A stretch of 50,033 bases of DNA. Source: an uncultured Candidatus Peribacteria bacterium. GTDB taxonomy: Bacteria > Patescibacteriota > Gracilibacteria > Peribacterales > Peribacteraceae. This document shows positions 8,664-16,336 of the stretch, piece by piece. Location of the stretch: contig CAZUVN010000001.1 of assembly GCA_964623835.1 (NCBI GenBank), positions 1-50,033 of the forward strand. The letters are read 5' to 3'. Numbering within the stretch: position 1 is the stretch's first letter; each line of letters opens with the position of its first letter. The translations under genes and the position numbers were made by a program. The notes below the pieces were generated by a model. The model saw nothing but the letters and a program-made list of their open reading frames with translations. It was not told the origin of the DNA and did no database searches.

Positions 8664-9615
8664 TCCAGAGAGCTCTCCATAGTGCCCCTAACACCAACCA
8701 GGGATGCCGCAGTGCGAACTTCTTGAAATTCCCACCGGCTGTTCCGCCTTGGGCAATAATCTTCCCGCCTTTGCGAATCTTCTTAAGGAATTTTCCGGCC
8801 ATGTCGGTCAATGCATCGTTGCGTGATTGAATGACAAGATTGCGATCATTCCCAGAGATGTGTTTCAGTAATTCTTCAAAGCAGCGGAAGCGATCGAACG
8901 CGCCGATGCCCTCGCGCTGGTTTGTCTCGCTGACGGAGCCGGGGTGTACACGGAAGCTGCCGCAGATGTCGGGAATGTAGTACCAATTGCTGATAAGCAA
9001 ACAACGCAGCGCGTATTCTTCATCAAGGTTCTGTTTCATGTCTTCCAAATACCATCCCGCTTTTTCGACGACGCTGCGTCGCAACATCACGAAGTCCGGT
9101 TCGCCGACGATATTCGGGTGAATGCCGCGCCTCACCCACCAACGGAATGTCTCGCGTCCATCGTGCACACCGGGCTTCAAGTTCTCCTTCCGGAAGGTTG
9201 CAGGATATTCGTAGAGCGTGAGTGACGGATTCGGCTCATCAGAAAAATAGCGATGCTCTAGTGACACAATGCCAACCGACGGATGCTCTTCCATTGCCTT
9301 CAGCCCCTTCGCCAGAAAAGCCGGTTCCCACACATCATCGGGGAAGAGGAATTGGATGTACGGCGCTGAGCCGAGTTTCATCGTCGCATTCCAGTTTCCG
9401 CCGATCCCTAATTTTTTACTGTTCGGATGCCAGCTGATGCGCGGATCGGAGAGATAGGGCTTCACCATCGCTTCCATGTCCACGGTCGATGCATCATCGT
9501 GGATGTACATCCGCCAGCGGGTTTCGGTCTGGGCCAGGGCACTGTCGATAGCCTGCTTAAAGTATGCAGGATTGCAGTTCCAGACCGGCACGCAGATGTC
9601 GATTAAGGCTCTCAC
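8656..9615 (-). CDS. family-2 glycosyltransferase
   Basis: 319-aa ORF. N-terminal ICVPVWNCNPAYFKQAIDSALAQT...IHDDAST is a typical GT-A/GT2 signature. Confidence 0.8.
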   Translation of the reverse strand: MRALIDICVPVWNCNPAYFKQAIDSALAQTETRWRMYIHDDASTVDMEAMVKPYLSDPRISWHPNSKKLGIGGNWNATMKLGSAPYIQFLFPDDVWEPAFLAKGLKAMEEHPSVGIVSLEHRYFSDEPNPSLTLYEYPATFRKENLKPGVHDGRETFRWWVRRGIHPNIVGEPDFVMLRRSVVEKAGWYLEDMKQNLDEEYALRCLLISNWYYIPDICGSFRVHPGSVSETNQREGIGAFDRFRCFEELLKHISGNDRNLVIQSRNDALTDMAGKFLKKIRKGGKIIAQGGTAGGNFKKFALRHPWLVLGALWRALWTR

Positions 9616-9621
9616 ACGCTC

Positions 9622-9702
9622 AGCTTATAGTTTTTAGGTTTTAGCTTCCAGAAGGGATTTTCCGGCTTTTCCCTGAAAGCTGAAAGCTATAAGCTGAAAG
9701 CT
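9622..9702. repeat. AGCT-type periodic-arm hairpin
   Basis: Left arm agcttatagtttttaggttttagcttccag and right arm tgaaagctgaaagctataagctgaaagct are imperfectly complementary. Lies between divergent gene starts. Confidence 0.8.
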
Positions 9703-9706
9703 CCGT

Positions 9707-10375
9707 ATGCGCATCGACGTGATCACCCTATTCCCGGCAATGTTCCAAGGACCCCTCACAGAGTCCATCCTCAAACGTGCTCAGGAGGAGAAGCTCCTAG
9801 AGATCAACTTCCATGATCTTCGGCAGTTCGGCGAAGGGAGTTATAAGCAGATTGATGACCGGCCGTACGGCGGCGGGGCGGGAATGGTGATGATGTGTGA
9901 GCCGATTGTGAAAGCGATTGAAACGATTACGGAAAACGGAAAACAGACATCGGATAGCAATCCGTATCGCATTTACTTCTCACCCCGCGGTGAACGTCTT
10001 GAGCAGCAGAAAGTTGAGCAGCTTGCGCAGAAACATGACTGGCTGATTCTGCTCTGCGGTCACTACGAAGGAATCGATCAACGAATTATTGATGGGGGAT
10101 GGATCGACGAAGAGATTAGCATCGGCGATTATGTGCTGACCGGTGGTGAGCTGCCGGCAATGGTACTGATTGATGCGGTCGCACGGCATATTCCCGGCGT
10201 GCTTGGCAAAGACGAATCTGCGCAGGACGAGAGTTTTTCTAAGTCTTTGGATCGTAAAAAAGAGTATCCGCATTACACCCGTCCCGAGGAGTTTCAGGGG
10301 CTAAAAGTGCCGGAAATTCTCCTTTCCGGAGACCACAAAAAGATCGCAGAATGGCGCAAATCGAAGATTCAGTAA
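9707..10375 (+). CDS. trmD: tRNA (guanine37-N1)-methyltransferase
   Basis: 222-aa ORF. MRIDVITLFPAMF, DDRPYGGGAGM, CGHYEGIDQR and SIGDYVLTGGELPAM are classic TrmD motifs. Confidence 0.95.
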   Translation: MRIDVITLFPAMFQGPLTESILKRAQEEKLLEINFHDLRQFGEGSYKQIDDRPYGGGAGMVMMCEPIVKAIETITENGKQTSDSNPYRIYFSPRGERLEQQKVEQLAQKHDWLILLCGHYEGIDQRIIDGGWIDEEISIGDYVLTGGELPAMVLIDAVARHIPGVLGKDESAQDESFSKSLDRKKEYPHYTRPEEFQGLKVPEILLSGDHKKIAEWRKSKIQ

Positions 10376-10393
10376 GAAAATCGAGATGTGTTC

Positions 10394-10422
10394 TTGACTT
10401 TACATTTGTCGGACGCTTAAAT
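10394..10422 (+). promoter_or_regulatory. sigma70-like promoter TTGACT-17-TTAAAT
   Basis: Hexamers read directly. Located just after the trmD stop and upstream of a small ORF that has a GGGAGG ribosome-binding site. Confidence 0.45.
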
Positions 10423-10500
10423 GCCGCATTCTTCCGCGGAGTTGCGGTAGAAATCAGGATGGTTGTTCTTTCAGTTGGAGACATGCGTATGTTGGGAGGC

Positions 10501-10764
10501 ATGACGATGCAGCAGATTGGCGAGCAGCACGCACAGTTGCATGCGAAGTTGTACGGAAAGTATCGTCCGGCGACTCCGGATGATCCTTGGTTCGCTGCGC
10601 CGAATCAGCCTGGCTGCTGTTACTCAGGTTGGTACGCTGCCTATCTGCGTGCATATCGTGTGACTTGTCAGAAGTTCGGAATCGCTCTCGGAAATGCCGC
10701 GGACTGTGCATACAGCCGCTTCGGTGTTCATCCGATTTCTCTGAGCATTCTCTCTCATGCCTGA
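10501..10764 (+). CDS. small hypothetical protein
   Basis: Internal start of the 137-aa ORF, preceded by GGGAGG. ATG at 10501 or 10507. No recognisable family. Followed by a strong hairpin. Confidence 0.35.
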   Translation: MTMQQIGEQHAQLHAKLYGKYRPATPDDPWFAAPNQPGCCYSGWYAAYLRAYRVTCQKFGIALGNAADCAYSRFGVHPISLSILSHA

Positions 10765-10792
10765 CGGTTCTCGTCAGGTAACAACTCCACCC

Positions 10793-10826
10793 AAGCCCCT
10801 CGTCGATGACGAGGGGCTTAATTTTA
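10793..10826 (+). terminator. intrinsic terminator-like hairpin
   Basis: aagcccctcgtc-gat-gacgaggggctt (12-bp stem) followed by aatttta. Confidence 0.6.
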
Positions 10827-10900
10827 CATTTGACTGCTTAAAAAGGAGGGGTAGCCTAACGGATTAGTTCTGCTCCTTTCAGCCTCTTGGGAGAATCAAA

Positions 10901-11056
10901 ATGTTCCAGCGTCTGCTGATTCTCGCTCAAAAATTGTGGCAAGCCGGTGATCTGTCTTCTTCGCATCAGAAGCGGCCCCGTCGTGAAGTCGACAAGCATC
11001 CGAGGCCGTCGAGTGTAAAGGTAGTCCGGGCGCCCGCACACTTCGTGCGTCGTTGA
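10901..11056 (+). CDS. possible 51-aa basic micro-ORF
   Basis: ATG preceded by GGGAGA at 6-nt spacing. Ends 14 nt before hairpin 11070-11099. Below the ORF-track cutoff and has no homology evidence. Confidence 0.2.
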   Translation: MFQRLLILAQKLWQAGDLSSSHQKRPRREVDKHPRPSSVKVVRAPAHFVRR

Positions 11057-11069
11057 AAGGTACGGCAAA

Positions 11070-11099
11070 GACCCCCTCGTCGCGGATGACGAGGGGGTC
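11070..11099. terminator. GC-rich hairpin between convergent genes
   Basis: gaccccctcgtc-gcggat-gacgagggggtc. The stem sequence is near-identical to the 10793-10819 hairpin. Weak T-run. Confidence 0.45.
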
Positions 11100-11116
11100 A
11101 TCTTCAATCATCAATA

Positions 11117-11782
11117 TTATTTAATTTGAGAAGTTGTCTTGGATGGCAGATTTTCCTTGTCTGCTTTTAGGCGATACATAATTTCGGCCATCTGTCCGCG
11201 GGTGATAACGCCATCGAAGCGTTCGATGCTGGTCGGGATTGCGCGGCGCTTCGCAAGTGCGTCAACGTACGGAATAAACCAGCGCTCATCGGTTTCACTG
11301 GTCGTGGTCTGTAGTGCGAATGTGCTTACGATAATCTTGGCAGCCTCGGCAAAGTTCAAATTGTTGCCCGGCTGGAAGGTGTTGTCGGGGTATCCGCTGA
11401 CAATCTTTTTCGTATGTGCCAGACACAGCTCAGGTCCGTACCATGCGTCGCGACGGACGTCGGAGTAGAAGATATTGTCATCATCCTCTTCAACGTGCTC
11501 GGTGAGACATTCGTTCAAACGTGCGGTGTCCAAAATAAACGGGTTTGCAATCAGCTTTACCATTTCGGCGCGGTTAATACGTGCGTCGGGACGGAACGTG
11601 CCATCCTCGTAGCCTTTCAAAACTTTCTGCTGCCGGAGATATTCAATACCTTCATAAAACTGGTGGGTTGTCGGAACATCCGAAAAAGGCTTGGTAGGCC
11701 AGGTTGTGTCTTGTGCAAAGGCGACACTTGAGCCAAGGACAGCCCACGCCGAAGCGAATGCAATAAGGGAATAGCGTTTCAT
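11117..11782 (-). CDS. secreted S-layer-homology (SLH) domain protein
   Basis: 221-aa ORF with a signal peptide (AFASAWAVLGSSVAFA). Repeated SLH-like blocks: F.DVP..H.FYEGIEYL...KVLKGYEDGTFRPD..INRAEM and GYPDNTFQPGNNLNFAEAAK. Confidence 0.8.
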   Translation of the reverse strand: MKRYSLIAFASAWAVLGSSVAFAQDTTWPTKPFSDVPTTHQFYEGIEYLRQQKVLKGYEDGTFRPDARINRAEMVKLIANPFILDTARLNECLTEHVEEDDDNIFYSDVRRDAWYGPELCLAHTKKIVSGYPDNTFQPGNNLNFAEAAKIIVSTFALQTTTSETDERWFIPYVDALAKRRAIPTSIERFDGVITRGQMAEIMYRLKADKENLPSKTTSQIK

Positions 11783-11864
11783 AGGGAGAAGGGGGAGAAA
11801 GATAAGGCCGAGAATGACCTCGGTACTAGCTGACGGATGAGTGTTACTATTCTTACAGCCAATA

Positions 11865-12143
11865 ATGATAGACCCCGTTCTCCAACGGCTTCAACAGGAA
11901 GGACGGATTGATCTATTGGTCCGCGTACGTCCGCATGCGGCGCAGTCGCGACTTGTTGCAGTACTGGATGACGGCAGTCTCAAAATCGACATTGCCGCTC
12001 CGGCGGAAGACGGACGGGGGAACACGGCGCTCGCAAAATTTCTTGGGGAGACGTTCCATGTCTCTGCATCTTCGGTGAAGATTCTTTCCGGCAAAACCGC
12101 GAGATTAAAATTGGTGCGGATTACCGCTTCAGAGCTTCATTGA
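11865..12143 (+). CDS. DUF167/YggU-family protein
   Basis: LLVRVRPHAAQSRL...LKIDIAAPAEDGRGNTALAKFLGETF..SASSVKILSGKTARLKLVRI matches the YggU pattern. ATG at 11865 preferred over GTG at 11841. Confidence 0.7.
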   Translation: MIDPVLQRLQQEGRIDLLVRVRPHAAQSRLVAVLDDGSLKIDIAAPAEDGRGNTALAKFLGETFHVSASSVKILSGKTARLKLVRITASELH

Positions 12144-12729
12144 TTTGCCCTCTCAGATCCGCAAATTCCGGTAGTCCTGTAAAGCGCATACCATTGATGA
12201 AGTATGTTGGCACGAGCGTTACATCGAGTGTTCCAATTGTCTCGTGTTGAATGGCCATGATGTTTTGCAGAACATCGTCATTGGTCAGACAGGAGGAGAG
12301 TGCCGGATAGGTTGTGCGTCCCGTGAAGAGAAGGCGATGTACGTCTGCACCACTTCCGGCCAATACGCCGCATATGACAGCATGAGCTTGTGAGTCGCTC
12401 TGCGGATATTTCTGCAATGGGACCGAAACGATGGTGATACGAAGATGACCGGGCTGAATGAATTCGGCATCGAGTCGTGGCATCAGCACTCGCTCAAAAT
12501 CAACGCTGTAGGGAGAGTTGTAGTTCATGAACAGCAGCATCGATACCGGGGCGTTCGATGGCCCCAGTGTGAGGGCGCCGGAGACAGTCTGTGGAATGAA
12601 CGGTGCTACAGAACTCATACTCATCGCAGCACCGGATGCAGAAGAAGGTGCCTGTTGTATGGGCGCCTGGAGAGTGGTGCAGCTTACGCACAATGCGCCA
12701 AGTCCGATGATGAACAGATGATTGCGCAT
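12121..12729 (-). CDS. DsbA-like thioredoxin-fold lipoprotein lacking the CxxC motif
   Basis: 202-aa ORF with lipobox LGALCVSC. DsbA-like layout including C-terminal VPTYFINGMRF.G, but the active-site position reads NSPYS instead of CPxC. Confidence 0.6.
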   Translation of the reverse strand: MRNHLFIIGLGALCVSCTTLQAPIQQAPSSASGAAMSMSSVAPFIPQTVSGALTLGPSNAPVSMLLFMNYNSPYSVDFERVLMPRLDAEFIQPGHLRITIVSVPLQKYPQSDSQAHAVICGVLAGSGADVHRLLFTGRTTYPALSSCLTNDDVLQNIMAIQHETIGTLDVTLVPTYFINGMRFTGLPEFADLRGQINEALKR

Positions 12730-12732
12730 TTG

Positions 12733-12812
12733 AGCTTTCAGCTTATAGCTTTTAGCTTTCAGAACAAAGTAAATGCAGCGCTAGAAGCTAGCAGCTAGAA
12801 GCTATAAGCTTT
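12733..12812. repeat. AGCT-type periodic-arm hairpin
   Basis: Left arm agctttcagcttatagcttttagctttcag and right arm ctagaagctagcagctagaagctataagcttt are imperfectly complementary. Lies between divergent gene starts. Confidence 0.8.
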
Positions 12813-12816
12813 CGAT

Positions 12817-13569
12817 ATGAAACGCGTGATTATCCTTGGAATTCCGGTTGATGCTCTAACCCGCTCACAGGCGCTGGAGCGCATCAAATCCATGCTTGGC
12901 GAGTCACGGTTTCATCATGTGATGACGCCCAACAGTGAAATGCTCGTGGAGGCATCCAAGAATCCGCCATTTCATCAGCTCCTTCAACGTACAGATTTGA
13001 ACATTGCCGATAGCACAGGGCTGGTCTGGGCAGCTCGAAAGACCCATCAACATCTTCCCGAACGTGTGACAGGTGTTGATACGACGATCGACCTTTGCAG
13101 TACTCTGACATCCGATCATCCGGTGTTTCTGCTTGGTGCATGGGGAGATACGGCAAAGCGAGCGGGGGAGATCCTCAAACAGAAGAACCCGCAGTTGGTG
13201 ATTGCGGGGGCACTCAGCGGTTCGCCAAAAGAGGAGGATGCCGCAGATATCATCACGCAGATCAATAACAGCGGCGCACAGGTACTTCTTGTTGCCTTCG
13301 GTGCGCCAAAGCAGGATGTGTGGATCGACCGACATCGTGATCAGCTGAAGCACATTCGTGTGGCAATGGGCGTTGGGGGAACATTCGACTTTATTGCAGG
13401 TGTCCACAAACGGGCACCCACGTTGATGCAGAATCTGGGGTTAGAGTGGTTGTGGAGAGTGGTGAGGGAGCCACGGCGAATCGGACGGATTATCAATGCG
13501 GTGATTATCTTCCCGCTATCCGTTATCCGTTATCAGACGGCAAACGGTAAACGGAAAACGGATCACTGA
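12817..13569 (+). CDS. WecG/TagA/CpsF-family glycosyltransferase
   Basis: 250-aa ORF. ILGIPVD.....AL..I, MTPNSEML, NIADSTGLVWA, GAPKQDVWI and LGLEWLWRVVREPRR are family hallmarks. Confidence 0.85.
   Translation: MKRVIILGIPVDALTRSQALERIKSMLGESRFHHVMTPNSEMLVEASKNPPFHQLLQRTDLNIADSTGLVWAARKTHQHLPERVTGVDTTIDLCSTLTSDHPVFLLGAWGDTAKRAGEILKQKNPQLVIAGALSGSPKEEDAADIITQINNSGAQVLLVAFGAPKQDVWIDRHRDQLKHIRVAMGVGGTFDFIAGVHKRAPTLMQNLGLEWLWRVVREPRRIGRIINAVIIFPLSVIRYQTANGKRKTDH
13516..13563. repeat. CCGTTAT-type periodic-arm hairpin
   Basis: ctatccgttatccgttatc / caaacggtaaacggaaaacggat are complementary arms. They encode the last ~17 codons of the TagA-like CDS and sit at a 0-nt convergent junction. Confidence 0.8.
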
Positions 13570-13899
13570 TTATTCCCGCATTCTCTCAATGTATCCGACT
13601 TCCCACTCGCCATCGGTATTTTTGACGAGCTTCACCAACTTTGGCCCGTCCTTTGTCTCGGCCAAGTAGTCACGAACGGTATCCGTCTCACGCAGGAGCG
13701 TTGTCTGGCCGATTTCTTCCTCGGGCAGAAGCAGATAAATCGCGACATCCGGTTTATCAGTCAGCGCGGCTTTAAAGTTCTTGGTTGCACGACCGAGGAG
13801 GGCAGAACACACCACAATCGCAATGCACAAAAACACCGACCACACGACAGTCCGCATGTAGTTTCGGCGTGACAGCGAGTGGACGTGGAATTTGCTCAT
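13570..13899 (-). CDS. membrane-anchored hypothetical protein
   Basis: 109-aa ORF with one N-terminal hydrophobic helix. No recognisable family. Confidence 0.5.
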   Translation of the reverse strand: MSKFHVHSLSRRNYMRTVVWSVFLCIAIVVCSALLGRATKNFKAALTDKPDVAIYLLLPEEEIGQTTLLRETDTVRDYLAETKDGPKLVKLVKNTDGEWEVGYIERMRE

Positions 13900-13960
13900 A
13901 TCAGGATATTATAGCACGAAACACGTGTTTTCTCCAATAGCGTATGCTAGGCTGACGCAC

Positions 13961-14626
13961 ATGTCGACACTTATATTACTCCGGCACGGGCAGTCTCAGT
14001 GGAACTTGGAAAACCGTTTTACTGGATGGACCGATGTGCCTCTTACTGAGCAGGGAATGTCCGATGCTGCGAAATCTGCAGAAGTATTGCGTGAGTTCCG
14101 GTTTGATGTTGCGTTTACCTCGCGCCTGCAACGTGCCAACCAGACGCTCGATATTATTACAAAGACGCTCGGTCAGTCGCCGGAGACGGTATACGATTCC
14201 GCACTCAATGAACGTCATTACGGCGATCTGCAGGGGCTCAACAAAGCAGAGACTGCGGAAAAGTACGGGGTAGAACAGGTGCAGCTTTGGCGTCGCAGCT
14301 ACGCGACCCGTCCGCCGAACGGCGAAAGTATGGAAGATTGCGAACACCGCACATTGCCGTTCTTCAAGCAGTACATTCTTCCTCATCTGATTTCTGGCAA
14401 GACCGTCGTTGTCGTTGCACATGGAAACAGTCTGCGCCCCATCATCAAGCATCTGGAAGGATTGAATCCTGAGGCTGCTGCCAGCATGGAAATCGGCCTT
14501 GTTACGCCGTACATCTACACACTCGATGGTGAAACAATGACGAACAAAGAGATCCGCGAAGTCCCCGGCATCATCACGAAAGGATCGTCTCTGACGGAGA
14601 AGAAGGTTGAGGGAGGTCGGGTGTAA
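13961..14626 (+). CDS. gpmA: 2,3-bisphosphoglycerate-dependent phosphoglycerate mutase
   Basis: LILLRHGQSQWN..NRFTGW.DV.LT, the RA.QT region and VAHGNSLR are histidine-phosphatase/GpmA motifs. Start trimmed to the ATG at 13961. Confidence 0.9.
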   Translation: MSTLILLRHGQSQWNLENRFTGWTDVPLTEQGMSDAAKSAEVLREFRFDVAFTSRLQRANQTLDIITKTLGQSPETVYDSALNERHYGDLQGLNKAETAEKYGVEQVQLWRRSYATRPPNGESMEDCEHRTLPFFKQYILPHLISGKTVVVVAHGNSLRPIIKHLEGLNPEAAASMEIGLVTPYIYTLDGETMTNKEIREVPGIITKGSSLTEKKVEGGRV

Positions 14627-14945
14627 TAGCTCTCCATAGGATCAATCTGCTTGCGCGCAAAAGCTGTATCAATCTGGTGACACTTTCCTGTGGTCCTTCC
14701 ACAGTCACTTCGCCGACACCAGCTCGTTCGTGGATAATCCGTATACCGGTGTTGTCGCAGAACGCGTGGATATCAGCAAGTACAGTGAGAAAGTGATCAC
14801 GCATTTCATGAATTTGCTTCGTGTCACGCGTGAAAAAATTGATGTGTGGTGGAGCTGCCAGCGTTAGTAACTCGCATCTTTCGGCAGGGGCAATTGGTGC
14901 AACCATGCCGAGCATTCTACCCTGTTTTTTGGCTGATTCCAGCGG

Positions 14946-14951
14946 TATAAT
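14946..14951 (+). promoter_or_regulatory. -10 box TATAAT, 6 nt upstream of the wecB ATG (leaderless-type)
   Basis: TATAAT, then ccctttt-type 6-nt spacer, then ATG at 14958. No Shine-Dalgarno sequence. Confidence 0.4.
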
Positions 14952-14957
14952 CCCTTT

Positions 14958-16295
14958 ATGGACGCCATAACCTATCGCTCTCCAACGTTTTTTGATGACT
15001 TGGCCGGACATCCTGACAAGCATGTGCATCTTATTTTGATTGCGACCAAGCCGGATATCATCAAACAGATACCGTTGTATCTGGAGCTGAAGCGTCGCGG
15101 TCATTTGGTGCTTCTGGGTCATACCGGACAGCATTACGATGAGAATTTGAGTGGCGGCATGCTGAAAGAATTCGGTGTCGAGCCGGACTTCAATCTGAAT
15201 GTTCGCGGAGCGATGCACGAGGTGGTCAGTCAGATTATCGGGCGACTCGGGTATCTGATTGGTGAGCTGAAAGAGAAAGGGAAGATTGTGATTCCGTACG
15301 TTCACGGCGATACGACGACAGCGATGGCTGCGAGCAATGCCGGGTATTGTCATGGATTTGCATCGGTCCACGTGGAGGCTGGCATCCGCACACTAACGCC
15401 GAAGTATGCAGATTTCAGTTCTCAGATGTCAGATGACAGCACGGATGGGTTTGATGTCGATGCGTGGCGCACATTCCTGATGGATCCTAATAACTGGGAG
15501 CGCGGATCGCAGGAGCCGTTTCCCGAGCAGTTCAACACGCGATGCAGCGAAGCGGCGACCGGTGTGCACCTCGCTCCTGTTGAGCTGGATGCGATTTTCA
15601 TGCGTGACGAAGGCTTTGCCGATGATCGAATTTTCGTCGTTGGTAATTCGGTGGTCGATGCGACTATGGACGCATTGAATCGTGCAAAAGATTCCACGGT
15701 CTTCGATCGATATCCTGCACTTGCCGACGGTGATTTTGTGCGTTTCTGCATTCACCGTCGTGAGAACTGCATCAGCGAGGTTCGTTTTATGGCCATCTAC
15801 AATGCAATGAAAGGACTGATTGAAGACGGGCGCACGGTGTTGCTGATTAGCCTCTTTCAGACTGAAGCGGCCATCGATCGTTTCGGTCTTCGTGCAGAAG
15901 TCGAGGGGCTGGTGAAGCATCATCCGAATTTCATCTACTCACCGGTTTGGCCGGAGTACGTCGATGTGATTGCGGCCATGAACAAGGCAGCTGTCTGTGC
16001 GACGGATAGCGGATCGATGCAGGAAGAGATGAACGTCCTCGGTGTTCCGTGCGTGACCTTGCGTTTCGGCTCCGATCGCAGCGAATCGGCGATGATGGGC
16101 GGTAACCTGATTGCTCCTCCGGTCGACGGCGGTCTCATTAAAAAAATGATCGAGTACGCTTGGAATAATGCCGATATGCGCGCCACTAAGAAGATTTACG
16201 GTGAAAACGTCAGTGCCAAATGCATTGATGCAGTGGAGGATGTGCTGAAGAAAGGGGAGATCTTCCGCGATGAGGAAAAGCGACTTGGACTCTAA
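14958..16295 (+). CDS. wecB: UDP-N-acetylglucosamine 2-epimerase (non-hydrolysing type), with an extra internal segment
   Basis: 445-aa ORF. TGQHYD, HVEAGIRT, PFPEQFNTR and later GSMQEE-type motifs of the epimerase_2 family. About 40 aa longer than I expect between RT and PFPE. Confidence 0.85.
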   Translation: MDAITYRSPTFFDDLAGHPDKHVHLILIATKPDIIKQIPLYLELKRRGHLVLLGHTGQHYDENLSGGMLKEFGVEPDFNLNVRGAMHEVVSQIIGRLGYLIGELKEKGKIVIPYVHGDTTTAMAASNAGYCHGFASVHVEAGIRTLTPKYADFSSQMSDDSTDGFDVDAWRTFLMDPNNWERGSQEPFPEQFNTRCSEAATGVHLAPVELDAIFMRDEGFADDRIFVVGNSVVDATMDALNRAKDSTVFDRYPALADGDFVRFCIHRRENCISEVRFMAIYNAMKGLIEDGRTVLLISLFQTEAAIDRFGLRAEVEGLVKHHPNFIYSPVWPEYVDVIAAMNKAAVCATDSGSMQEEMNVLGVPCVTLRFGSDRSESAMMGGNLIAPPVDGGLIKKMIEYAWNNADMRATKKIYGENVSAKCIDAVEDVLKKGEIFRDEEKRLGL

Positions 16296-16297
16296 GT

Positions 16298-16328
16298 CAC
16301 TAGCTACTAGCCACTAGCTGCTAGTACC
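16298..16328. repeat. CTAG/AGCT periodic repeat
   Basis: cactagctactagccactagctgctagtacc lies in the 41-nt gap between wecB and the next gene. Confidence 0.8.
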
Positions 16329-16336
16329 ATTAGCCC

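Noticed and set aside
9927-9969. Possible decayed CCGTTAT-type hairpin inside trmD (acggaaaacggaaaac ... cggatagcaatccgtatcg)
   Set aside because: Arm complementarity is limited to about 9 nt. The apparent 4-aa length excess relative to E. coli TrmD rests on an alignment from memory and is too weak to call.
10826-11069. Possible tRNA, RNase P or SRP fragment (ggggtagcctaacgg..., aaggtagtccgggcgcc)
   Set aside because: The interval has no T-arm or acceptor pairing for a tRNA. The gtccgggc string lacks the surrounding GAGGAAAGUCC context and the other RNase P hallmarks, and no SRP GGAA/AGCA motif is present.
14574-15371. 265-aa ORF antisense to the start of wecB and overlapping the end of gpmA
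   Set aside because: Most of it runs antisense to a well-supported epimerase gene. A shorter version (14574-14915, ~113 aa, weak AGGG ribosome-binding site, vaguely glyoxalase-like) could fill the 330-nt gpmA-wecB gap. It would overlap gpmA by 53 nt, and I cannot support it from motifs alone.
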